The notes beneath the pieces were generated by a model, which saw nothing but the letters and a program-made list of their open reading frames with translations, had not been told where the DNA came from and ran no database searches. Shown here piece by piece: positions 56,437 to 64,000 of a stretch of DNA of 64,000 bases. Source of the stretch: Fimbriimonadales bacterium (GTDB lineage: Bacteria > Armatimonadota > Fimbriimonadia > Fimbriimonadales > Fimbriimonadaceae). The stretch lies in NCBI GenBank assembly GCA_038321975.1, contig JBBQFM010000015.1, positions 5,786 through 69,785 on the forward strand, given 5' to 3'. Position numbers and translations under genes: made by a program. Position 1 is the stretch's first letter; the number at the start of each line of letters is the position of its first letter.

Positions 56437-58099
56437 CCGCACCTTCATCAATAGCATTCGGCGAGCGTTCAGCTCCCCCAAGAGGCTGATCAGCCTTTTG
56501 ATGTTCGTCGGTTACTATTGGTGGATTTTCATGGGTCGGTTGGGTAGAAGCTCGGCGACCGCTCCGGCGATGCCCGCTGGTGGAATGCACTGGACGATGC
56601 CTCCGGTTCAGGTGCTAAACGCGATCGTATTCGGGCTCTTTTCGGTGGCATCGCTGTTTCTGGCAGCCGGTGTGATGAGCTACCGGGGCTCGTTCCGTCC
56701 GGCGGATGTCGACGTTCTCTTTCCGACCCCGGTCAGCCCAAAAACGGTGTTGGCCTTTCGGCTTGCGAGGGACTACCTCATCACCCTCTTGCTGCCCTTG
56801 GTGTTGGCGGTTTTGGGTTGGCGAGGCACTTCGGTGGGGGTTCAGTCGATCCTGACCAACTTCCCAAAAGATGGGGCCCTTGTGTTTCGGGCGTTCATGC
56901 TCGCCTGGGTTCTCATGTCTCTTGCGTGGGTGAGTATCGGTTACGCGATGAGCCTTTTCGTGAGCCGCAGCGATCTTAAGAGCGATCGGAACCGCCTCAT
57001 CATCGGCGCTACCTTGACAACTGTCATTACCCTTGTCGCCGTTTACATCACAGTCGCGGTTAGAGAAGATCCAAGGGTCGAGACTGCGCTCGCCCTCTCA
57101 AACTCGGGCTTTCTACATGCCGTATTCTTCACGGCAACGGCGGCGACGATCGCGGTTTCGGCACCGCTCAATCCGGCGGGCATGGACTACCTGCGGTTTT
57201 CCCTCGGCCTTGGCAGCCTTGTACTGATAAGCGTAGTGGCGATCCAAGTCGCGATGACCCAGGTGGAATACCTTTACGATCAGGCGGCCGCCCGAGGGTT
57301 CGATTCCCTCAACCTTCGCTCGCTTCAGCGGAAGGGTGATACCTACGGGATGGTCGCCGAGCGTGCGAGACAGGGCAAGATGCGACGTGGCCGTCTCTCG
57401 ACTTGGATCGCCTCCTGGCGAGTGCAAGGCGCAGGGGCGCTCGTGTGGAAGGAGGCGTTGCTCCAAGCTCGTGGTTCGATCAGTCAGTACGTCATCTTCG
57501 GACCGCTCGTGCTGTTCATGGTGCTCATGCCGCTCTACATCGGCCACGGTGGCGACCTGGACGGCTATGCGGTGCTATTCATGAGTGCGTTCGGAGTTTG
57601 GATCATGTCACTTGGAACGGCTCAGGGTGGGTTTATCGAATTCTTGCGGCGGGTGGATGTCCAAAAACCGCTGCCGTTCACGCCAACTGCGGTGGTCTTT
57701 TGGGAAGTGGCTGCGAAGGCGGTGCCGTCCATCGTCGTGATCTCGGCATCGTCCATCGGGGTGATTCTGCTTCGGCCCGGGCTCGCCGAGTATGCGGGGG
57801 CGGCAGTCCTGATGATGCCCACTTTGGCATGCTTGCTTGTTTCGATTGTGCTGCTTGTGACGCTCTTGTTTCCCGACGTGGATGATGCCACTCAGCGAGG
57901 TTTCCGTGGCCTCATGATGCTGATCGGAATCGCCATCTCGGCGTCCCCCGGAGTGGCGGCCGCGATGGTCCTGATTGGGGTGCTGAAAGTGGATCCGGTG
58001 CTCTCTGCATTACCCGTGGTTTTGATCAATCTCGGAGTGACTTTCGGCGTCTCCTTGGTTGCGGGAATGCTTTACGCCGCCTATAACCCCTCTGAGTAG
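56411..58099 (+). CDS. ABC exporter permease
   Basis: More than 12 TM segments, DVDVLFPTPV and PLPFTP; overlaps the ATPase gene. Confidence 0.85.
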   Translation: MKPLLFLASRTFINSIRRAFSSPKRLISLLMFVGYYWWIFMGRLGRSSATAPAMPAGGMHWTMPPVQVLNAIVFGLFSVASLFLAAGVMSYRGSFRPADVDVLFPTPVSPKTVLAFRLARDYLITLLLPLVLAVLGWRGTSVGVQSILTNFPKDGALVFRAFMLAWVLMSLAWVSIGYAMSLFVSRSDLKSDRNRLIIGATLTTVITLVAVYITVAVREDPRVETALALSNSGFLHAVFFTATAATIAVSAPLNPAGMDYLRFSLGLGSLVLISVVAIQVAMTQVEYLYDQAAARGFDSLNLRSLQRKGDTYGMVAERARQGKMRRGRLSTWIASWRVQGAGALVWKEALLQARGSISQYVIFGPLVLFMVLMPLYIGHGGDLDGYAVLFMSAFGVWIMSLGTAQGGFIEFLRRVDVQKPLPFTPTAVVFWEVAAKAVPSIVVISASSIGVILLRPGLAEYAGAAVLMMPTLACLLVSIVLLVTLLFPDVDDATQRGFRGLMMLIGIAISASPGVAAAMVLIGVLKVDPVLSALPVVLINLGVTFGVSLVAGMLYAAYNPSE

Positions 58100-58206
58100 T
58101 GTCGGGCGGTACACTTTATGCCTAGAGAAGCGTTCCCGAGGGCAACGCATAGGCCACCAAGCGAACCTAATTTGGGCCGATCTTGTTAGCTCATTCAGGT
58201 GAAAGT

Positions 58207-59340
58207 ATGAAAAAACAGGGATCCGTGAAGATAGCGATCGGTTTCGTGTTAGCAGTCGCAATTTTATTTGGTGGAAATTATCTCTACACCCAGTGGTCCG
58301 TCGGCAGCTTGAAGTTCGCTGAGGTGACGCCTGGCGACGTCAATATCGTTGGAGTCGATGCGGGCGCGGGTTACCGCGTGATCGTCGCGAACCAGATGGC
58401 CCAGCTGGTGGAAGCATCGGACCAATTTGGCGCTCGAGAAGATCAGAATTCAGGCGCAACCTCGGGGGCGATTAAAAAGCGCATCCCAGTTCGAGAGATG
58501 CTCGACTCGCTCAAGGGCGACGAAAAGGCGCTCAGCCAGTTCGTGATGATCATGAACAACATGGCGGAGAACGATGATTGGCCCGCCGTTCGGGTTATTT
58601 GGAAGGCAGAAGAGCTTCGAAGGGCTCTCGATGGCGACAAGGTCAGCGAGGCAAAGCTCATTAAGGATCTCAATGTCAAGCTTGATGGCTCGCCCCTAAA
58701 GACCCTCCGGTTCGAGTCCCTCGAGAACGGCATCATGGTTGAAACTCCGGTACAGGTGAAGGTGAGCGTGGGCGGAGTGCCCAAGGTGCTCACCGCGCGA
58801 GTGCTCGAGCCTTACAAGCCGCGACTGCTTAAGTCGGTCGAGCAGAGCTACGCGGGCAAGTCGGCGAACGTCGATCAAAACGCCCAGTCGGGCTACTACA
58901 AGCTCGAAGCGGAAAGAGTGGCCGCCGATCCGAAACTGCGTGAAAACGTGCGCAAGTCGCTTGAGGGTCTCATCTCGCCAGGCCCCGCAAAAGAGCGGGC
59001 AGTTGCACCGGAGCGAATTCTTGGCAGTGCACGAACCGTCGTAAACGAGAGCTACATCACAAAGGCGAGCTACCGAGGGTACGAATCGACGCGAGGAAAA
59101 ATGTTTGACATCACCGTCGATCTCACCAACGAGGGCCGGCTGCGCTTGTGGCAGTACTCGCGCAATCGCAAGGGATCCCAGTTGCTCCTTTGTGCAAACG
59201 GAGTTGCGATCGCCGCACCACGAATATCGACCGAGTTATCTCAAGGAGAGTTGACGATTACTCAGATGCAAAACGAAGGACTAGTTCGCGACGCCGTGAA
59301 TCTGTTGAATGAACGCCATGGGAGGACCGCCGAGAAGTGA
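58207..59340 (+). CDS. Membrane-anchored protein with a C-terminal SecDF P1-head-like domain
   Basis: One N-terminal TM; C-terminal ITVDLTNEG...KGSQLLLCANGVAIAAPRISTELSQGELTIT. Confidence 0.7.
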   Translation: MKKQGSVKIAIGFVLAVAILFGGNYLYTQWSVGSLKFAEVTPGDVNIVGVDAGAGYRVIVANQMAQLVEASDQFGAREDQNSGATSGAIKKRIPVREMLDSLKGDEKALSQFVMIMNNMAENDDWPAVRVIWKAEELRRALDGDKVSEAKLIKDLNVKLDGSPLKTLRFESLENGIMVETPVQVKVSVGGVPKVLTARVLEPYKPRLLKSVEQSYAGKSANVDQNAQSGYYKLEAERVAADPKLRENVRKSLEGLISPGPAKERAVAPERILGSARTVVNESYITKASYRGYESTRGKMFDITVDLTNEGRLRLWQYSRNRKGSQLLLCANGVAIAAPRISTELSQGELTITQMQNEGLVRDAVNLLNERHGRTAEK

Positions 59341-60065
59341 CGAGAAAGTCGCTTTGGATCGCGCTCCCCTTATCGCTCGTGCTTGGCGGCTGCCTCCACG
59401 GAGGCGCGACCGGCTATGAGCGCCAACCGGTCGCTGAGATCGAGCCCGTGAAGCTGTCTACCGGTCAGGATGCAAACCTGATCCCGCTAGACAAGGGCAG
59501 CATCTGGAATTACTCATTCGAGTCAGAGCAAGAATCGAACGGGAAGGTCGGTCAGGGTCAGGGCGCGATCCTCACCTATCAGGTGACGGAGTCGGAGACC
59601 GCCAACAACTCCACGCACGCGACCTTCGAACTGCTCCAAGAGAAGACGGTGATTGAGCGTCAACGTTGGATTGAAGATACAACGGGCGTCTATCAGGTCT
59701 CAGTGGGACCCAAGGAAACTGCCTTCTCCACGCCGCAGCCCGTAATGATGTTTCCCGTAAAGGACCACCAAACCTTTGAGTGGCGAGGGACCGGTATCTG
59801 CCCCGACGGCAATTGGGGCCAAATTGTCGCGAAATCGAAAGTTCTCGGATCACAGGATGTCGATACCGACGTAGGACGCATATCCGCGATCGCGGTGGAA
59901 ACTAACGTGACCTTCACGGTCAGCGGAAAGGCAGGATCGGCGATCAGCACCACCTGGTTCAAGCCCGGGGTTGGTATTGTAAGATTTAAGCAAGAAACGC
60001 TCGGCGACAAGATCAAGACCATCAGCATTCTCCGGCTGAAGAATTACAGCCTCAAGAGCAAATGA
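59337..60065 (+). CDS. Beta-rich lipoprotein (DUF3108/TapB-like), paralog 1
   Basis: Lipobox LGGC, IPLDKGSIWNY, TWFKPGVGIVR. Confidence 0.75.
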   Translation: MTRKSLWIALPLSLVLGGCLHGGATGYERQPVAEIEPVKLSTGQDANLIPLDKGSIWNYSFESEQESNGKVGQGQGAILTYQVTESETANNSTHATFELLQEKTVIERQRWIEDTTGVYQVSVGPKETAFSTPQPVMMFPVKDHQTFEWRGTGICPDGNWGQIVAKSKVLGSQDVDTDVGRISAIAVETNVTFTVSGKAGSAISTTWFKPGVGIVRFKQETLGDKIKTISILRLKNYSLKSK

Positions 60066-60820
60066 AACTTCGAACTCTTCTCCCTCTCTTCGTCGTTCTC
60101 GCAGGCTGTGGCGCTCCGAAAGGCCCGGACACAACGACCACCCCATCAGGGTCGCCCTCCACCACCGCGGTAGGAGAGAAGCCCGGCACGACGGGGTCGC
60201 CAACGGTAGAGACTCCGCCCGCCCCGGCTCCTGAACTGCCCACCGAACTGAAGAACGCGGCCTACGACTACTACGGCCTCGCCACTACGAGCTCGATCAA
60301 TCTCGAAATCGAGATTGCCGGTCGACCGGGCCTGGCAACCGGAACCCAGGTCACCCGCTTCAAAGAGATGAAGGACGGCAAGGCGGTCTACGCAGTCGAG
60401 CGGACCGGCGATGTTGCTGCCGACCTAGGAGCCGCCGAGGAAGTGTCGCTGGAGAAGGACGGCGTGTACATGCTCAAGTCCGACGTGGCCAAGATCGGAA
60501 CCCACGACCTTCAACTCCCCGCCGATCTTGCACCTGGAAAGACTTGGTCCGAACACACGGAGGCGGAGAAGGACAGCCAAAAACTGAATCTTGACAACAA
60601 TCTAAAGGTTGTCGGCCCCCAGAAAGTGACGACAAAGCTCGGCGACTTCGATGCGCTGCTGGTCACTTCGAGCGGCAAGGGAACGGTCGGATCTCAGAAG
60701 GTAACCATCAACACTAAGATGTGGTACGCGAAGGGACGCGGAGTCGTAAAGATGGAGATGACCACCATCGTTCCCGGCCAAAAAGTGAACGGCAAGATCG
60801 TCTTCCAGCAGGTGAAGTAA
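60062..60820 (+). CDS. Beta-rich lipoprotein (DUF3108/TapB-like), paralog 2
   Basis: Lipobox LAGC, P/T-rich linker, VTTKLGDFDA, MWYAKGRGVVK. Confidence 0.75.
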   Translation: MKLRTLLPLFVVLAGCGAPKGPDTTTTPSGSPSTTAVGEKPGTTGSPTVETPPAPAPELPTELKNAAYDYYGLATTSSINLEIEIAGRPGLATGTQVTRFKEMKDGKAVYAVERTGDVAADLGAAEEVSLEKDGVYMLKSDVAKIGTHDLQLPADLAPGKTWSEHTEAEKDSQKLNLDNNLKVVGPQKVTTKLGDFDALLVTSSGKGTVGSQKVTINTKMWYAKGRGVVKMEMTTIVPGQKVNGKIVFQQVK

Positions 60821-60824
60821 TCCC

Positions 60825-61481
60825 ATGATTGTCACGCTCCTCCTCGCCTCCTACAGTTTCGCGGGCATCAACGCCGCCGACTACTTTCCTCTAGTGCCGG
60901 GAATGAAGCGGACTTACACCGAGACTGGCGCAAACGGAGGGGTTACCGAGGACGTAGTAGGGAAGCCGATTATGATCAACGGGAAAGAAGCCTTTCCCGT
61001 CTCGACCATGGTCTATGGAAAAAAGGTCTCCGGCACTTTCTATAGTGCCGATCAAGGCGGCGTGTACATGATCGCCAGCATCCCGGCCAGGGAGAAAGAT
61101 CCGATCGCCCCGATGCCGTCTCCGATCCCGGTATTCCTCGTACCCTCCGGCGACAAGCCTCAATGGGATTTCAGAGGCTCGATGGAGCCGATCAATGCCC
61201 TCTTTCACGATCCGAGCAAGATCGGTGAAGTTGTGACGATTGCCGGTGAGACGAGAGTTGGAAAGCCGCGCGACGTGCTTGGCAAAAAGGTCGACACCAT
61301 CGAGATTAAACTCGACGTCCTCGTTGGTTCACCCAAGCTTGGAGAGCGAACCCAAACGACCGCGGTTTACGGAAAAGGGATCGGACTCATCGAAACGACT
61401 TCGAAGACTCGCCTTGGTAAGCAAACGGCCGAAGCCAAGGCCGTCTTAACCGCTATAGAAGAGCTTAAGGGAGGCGGTTAA
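60825..61481 (+). CDS. Beta-rich exported protein (DUF3108/TapB-like), paralog 3
   Basis: DYFPLVPGMKRTY, VYGKGIGLIE. Confidence 0.75.
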   Translation: MIVTLLLASYSFAGINAADYFPLVPGMKRTYTETGANGGVTEDVVGKPIMINGKEAFPVSTMVYGKKVSGTFYSADQGGVYMIASIPAREKDPIAPMPSPIPVFLVPSGDKPQWDFRGSMEPINALFHDPSKIGEVVTIAGETRVGKPRDVLGKKVDTIEIKLDVLVGSPKLGERTQTTAVYGKGIGLIETTSKTRLGKQTAEAKAVLTAIEELKGGG

Positions 61482-61504
61482 TCCGCCACTTTGCGCTTCT
61501 TGGG

Positions 61505-62089
61505 TTGCTCTGTCTGGCTCTGATCGGATGCACTGGGCATGGTTCGGCTGCCCTTGGCAAGCCGTTGGTTGGCAAGTCGACTCTTCAGCCCGCGGCTCTT
61601 CCCGGAGAGAACGCGAATCTGATCATGGCCGGAGTGAAGGTGCCAGTGAAGGTGATTCAGTCCAATAAGGACGGAGTCGAAACTCTCGACTTCGTTGCTC
61701 ACGGGGCGACCATCGAGACCGAGGTGTATCAAGACGTCAAGGAAGCTTTCCGCGTGCTGCGGGCCGGCGAGGAAGAATTCAAGCCGGGCATCGACTTGCT
61801 CCACGAAGAGCTTCACCAAGGCGATACCTGGACCTGGACGGGAGAGATTTCGAATGCCGGCAAAGGCAAGCCGGCCAAAGCCAAGATCACCATCGATACC
61901 GCTAACCTGGTGATCGGCCAGGATAATATCCGTACCGTCAATGCGGTCGTAGATTTGTCACTGAACGCCGACCCCGGGATGCCGCCCGTGCTGCGCCGGC
62001 TCACCTTCTGGTTTGCCGAGGGCAAGGGCGTTATCAAGCGAGAATTCGGCAAAGAGATTTCCACGAGCCGCGAACCCGTCAAGCCTTAA
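61505..62089 (+). CDS. Beta-rich lipoprotein (DUF3108/TapB-like), paralog 4; start uncertain
   Basis: Lipobox LIGC, GDTWTWTG, FWFAEGKGVIK; the signal peptide appears to extend upstream to about 61481. Confidence 0.72.
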   Translation: MLCLALIGCTGHGSAALGKPLVGKSTLQPAALPGENANLIMAGVKVPVKVIQSNKDGVETLDFVAHGATIETEVYQDVKEAFRVLRAGEEEFKPGIDLLHEELHQGDTWTWTGEISNAGKGKPAKAKITIDTANLVIGQDNIRTVNAVVDLSLNADPGMPPVLRRLTFWFAEGKGVIKREFGKEISTSREPVKP

Positions 62090-62093
62090 GCAA

Positions 62094-63245
62094 ATGGCAA
62101 GCATCGCCCGTCCCGTCATGGGCTCATCATCGAACTCCGAGACGCGCACCCTCGCGCATCGGACGGATTGGTGGTTGGTGCTGGCATCGCTGATGCTGAT
62201 GGCGTTCGGGCTAATGTCGCTGCTCAGCGTTGGCGGGGGCCTCTCTGGGCACGATTTCAAAAAACAGTTGGGCTTCGCCGGCATCGGGGTCGCCCCTTTT
62301 GCGATCTTTGCCTTCGTTCACCCGAAGTTTTGGAGCAAGGGCGTCAATACGTTGTACGTCCTAAACGTCTTGCTTCTCGTTGCGGTCTTCTTTATTGGGA
62401 AGCACACGAAAGGAGCAGAACGTTGGATTCAATTACCCGGTGTGCAGTTTCAGCCGAGTGAGCTTGCGAAGCTTCTCACCGTCCTGACGGTTGCTTCCTT
62501 CTATGCGGCAAGGCAGGAGTCGATCCAGAAGCTTTCAACTTTCCTACTGGGCTTGGCGCACGTGATTGTTCCGGTGATTCTGATCCGGCTCCAGCCTCAC
62601 TTGGGCGCCGCGGTGGCCCTTCTCATTATTTGGTTTGGCATCTCGATCGTCGCTGGTGTGCCAGCCAAGTACTTGGGCGCGTGCGTCGGAATCGGCCTGG
62701 CCCTATTAACGATCGCATGGAATGTGCCTGCGCTCAAAGCCAAAGTTTTCCCCGCTTATCAGCTTCAACGAACGGATGGCTTCGCTGGCACGAAGGATCA
62801 CAAAGGCAAGAACTACCAAACCGACCGCGCGGAAATCGCATTCGGAGTGGGCGGCGTCCTCGGATCTGGCTTTATGAAGGGCGAGCAGAAGGCGGGCGGG
62901 TTCATTCCCGAACAGCAAACCGACTTCATCGTCTCGGTGGTCGGAGAAGAAGGCGGCCTGATCGGGTGCTCAATCCTTCTGCTTACTTACGCTTTCTTTT
63001 TCTACCGAGTCTTCCTGGTGATGTTAAATGCCCAAGAGCTCTACTACAAGATGATCGCGGCGGGCATCTTCGCGGTGCTCGGATTCCACACGATTGTGAA
63101 CATCGCGATGGTGCTGCAGCTTGTGCCCGTGGTGGGCCTATGGCTGCCGTTCTTGAGTTACGGGGGCACTGCGATGTGGCTATGTATGGCCTCGGTGGGG
63201 CTGCTATTGAACGTGCGAAGGCGCGAGCGACCGATCCTCTTCTAG
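62094..63245 (+). CDS. rodA: SEDS peptidoglycan glycosyltransferase RodA (FtsW/RodA/SpoVE family)
   Basis: GAERWI, FQPSELAK, LQPHLG, FIPEQQTDFI...GEEGG, LPFLSYGG; start trimmed to ATG 62094. Confidence 0.88.
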   Translation: MASIARPVMGSSSNSETRTLAHRTDWWLVLASLMLMAFGLMSLLSVGGGLSGHDFKKQLGFAGIGVAPFAIFAFVHPKFWSKGVNTLYVLNVLLLVAVFFIGKHTKGAERWIQLPGVQFQPSELAKLLTVLTVASFYAARQESIQKLSTFLLGLAHVIVPVILIRLQPHLGAAVALLIIWFGISIVAGVPAKYLGACVGIGLALLTIAWNVPALKAKVFPAYQLQRTDGFAGTKDHKGKNYQTDRAEIAFGVGGVLGSGFMKGEQKAGGFIPEQQTDFIVSVVGEEGGLIGCSILLLTYAFFFYRVFLVMLNAQELYYKMIAAGIFAVLGFHTIVNIAMVLQLVPVVGLWLPFLSYGGTAMWLCMASVGLLLNVRRRERPILF

Positions 63246-63667
63246 TCTTTCGCTTCCTCGATGCGCCACTCTGAGCAGATCGCGGGCGAACTCCTCAACG
63301 TGGCGATCACGGAGCAATACTTTGCGTCGCTTAGCTCTACCGATCGCTCGACTGCCGCAGCGTCCAGGTCTTTGCCAGTTACGATGTGCCGGATCACCAG
63401 AGACAGAAATGGCCGTGGCCATTCTCCCTCGGGAGCCCGAACTCCTTCGACCTCGATGCGATAGCCGGTGACCACTTGGCGCTTCTTTTCTAGGATCGAA
63501 ATGACGTCCATCGCGCTGCAAGCTGCAATGGATCCCATGAGCGCCTCTACCGGAGTCGGCCCTTTTGCCGCGCCGGGTGTCTCGTTGTACGTATCGAATG
63601 TGATGCCGAGCCCACTTGGGCCAATCGATTCGAAGACCATGTCGCCGGTCCAAGTCACTGAAACCAT
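63242..63667 (-). CDS. OsmC-family protein
   Basis: GPTPVEALMGSIAACSAMDV...KYCSV. Confidence 0.9.
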   Translation of the reverse strand: MVSVTWTGDMVFESIGPSGLGITFDTYNETPGAAKGPTPVEALMGSIAACSAMDVISILEKKRQVVTGYRIEVEGVRAPEGEWPRPFLSLVIRHIVTGKDLDAAAVERSVELSDAKYCSVIATLRSSPAICSEWRIEEAKD

Positions 63668-63681
63668 TGCCTAAAGGCTAC

Positions 63682-64000
63682 CTAGAAGAGCGAGCCTACG
63701 ACCTCGGGAGGTGCATCGCTCGCCATAACCGCGCGGGTATCCGGGTTGCGGCGGAGGTAGATCGCCTGGTCCGCGACCTGGTTGATTTCCTCGATGTGGC
63801 TGATGACAAGGATTTGGCTGAACCGACCCTTGAGGGCGGTGAGTCGATCAAGCACGCTCTGCCTTCGGTCGGTGTCGAGCGAGCCGAAGACCTCATCCAG
63901 GATCAGCAAGGACATCGGGCGGCCTTGGCGTTCTTGGATTAGTTCGCTCAGCGCTAGCCGCAGGGCGAGGGCGACGACGTCTTCTTCTCCGCCTGAGATG
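63682..64000 (-). CDS. SbcC/SMC-family ATPase, C-terminal fragment (5' part outside the window)
   Basis: SGGEEDVVALALRLAL, LILDEVFGSLD, LVISH. Confidence 0.88.
   Translation of the reverse strand, partial: ISGGEEDVVALALRLALSELIQERQGRPMSLLILDEVFGSLDTDRRQSVLDRLTALKGRFSQILVISHIEEINQVADQAIYLRRNPDTRAVMASDAPPEVVGSLF

Overview
A GC-rich (about 60% by eye) bacterial chromosomal segment. Gene style suggests Armatimonadota (Fimbriimonas-like), but that is inference. It holds about 60 CDS and one tRNA-Ser(TGA); I see no CRISPR array, integrase or transposase. Main blocks: (1) 1-5.9 kb, a minus-strand operon with two tandem copies of a split DUF4331 gene pair, a TPR protein and a single ORF, missed by the ORF track, that fuses NikM/CbiM, a PDGLE domain and NikQ/CbiQ. 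(2) 11.1-15.5 kb, a mycobacterial Sdh1-like succinate dehydrogenase operon interrupted by a four-helix-bundle (IVS-type) gene bracketed by 25-bp inverted repeats. (3) 16.8-29.7 kb, sugar-use genes (GH51, lactonase, GH29, AKR, LacI and GntR-LacI regulators) plus an M28 peptidase. (4) 33.7-37.1 kb, a lower-GC 993-aa membrane protein whose C-terminus looks HK97-capsid-like, next to a truncated pip gene. (5) 37-64 kb, mostly housekeeping genes (tdk, tdh, lnt, MoxR, PPIase, ABC exporter, rodA, OsmC, SbcC-like), a decayed toxin-antitoxin pair, an SdpA/SdpB-like pair, a degenerate Clp1-like protein and four paralogous beta-rich exported proteins. Several families of intergenic repeats occur throughout. 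All family calls come from motif recognition by eye; no database search was run.
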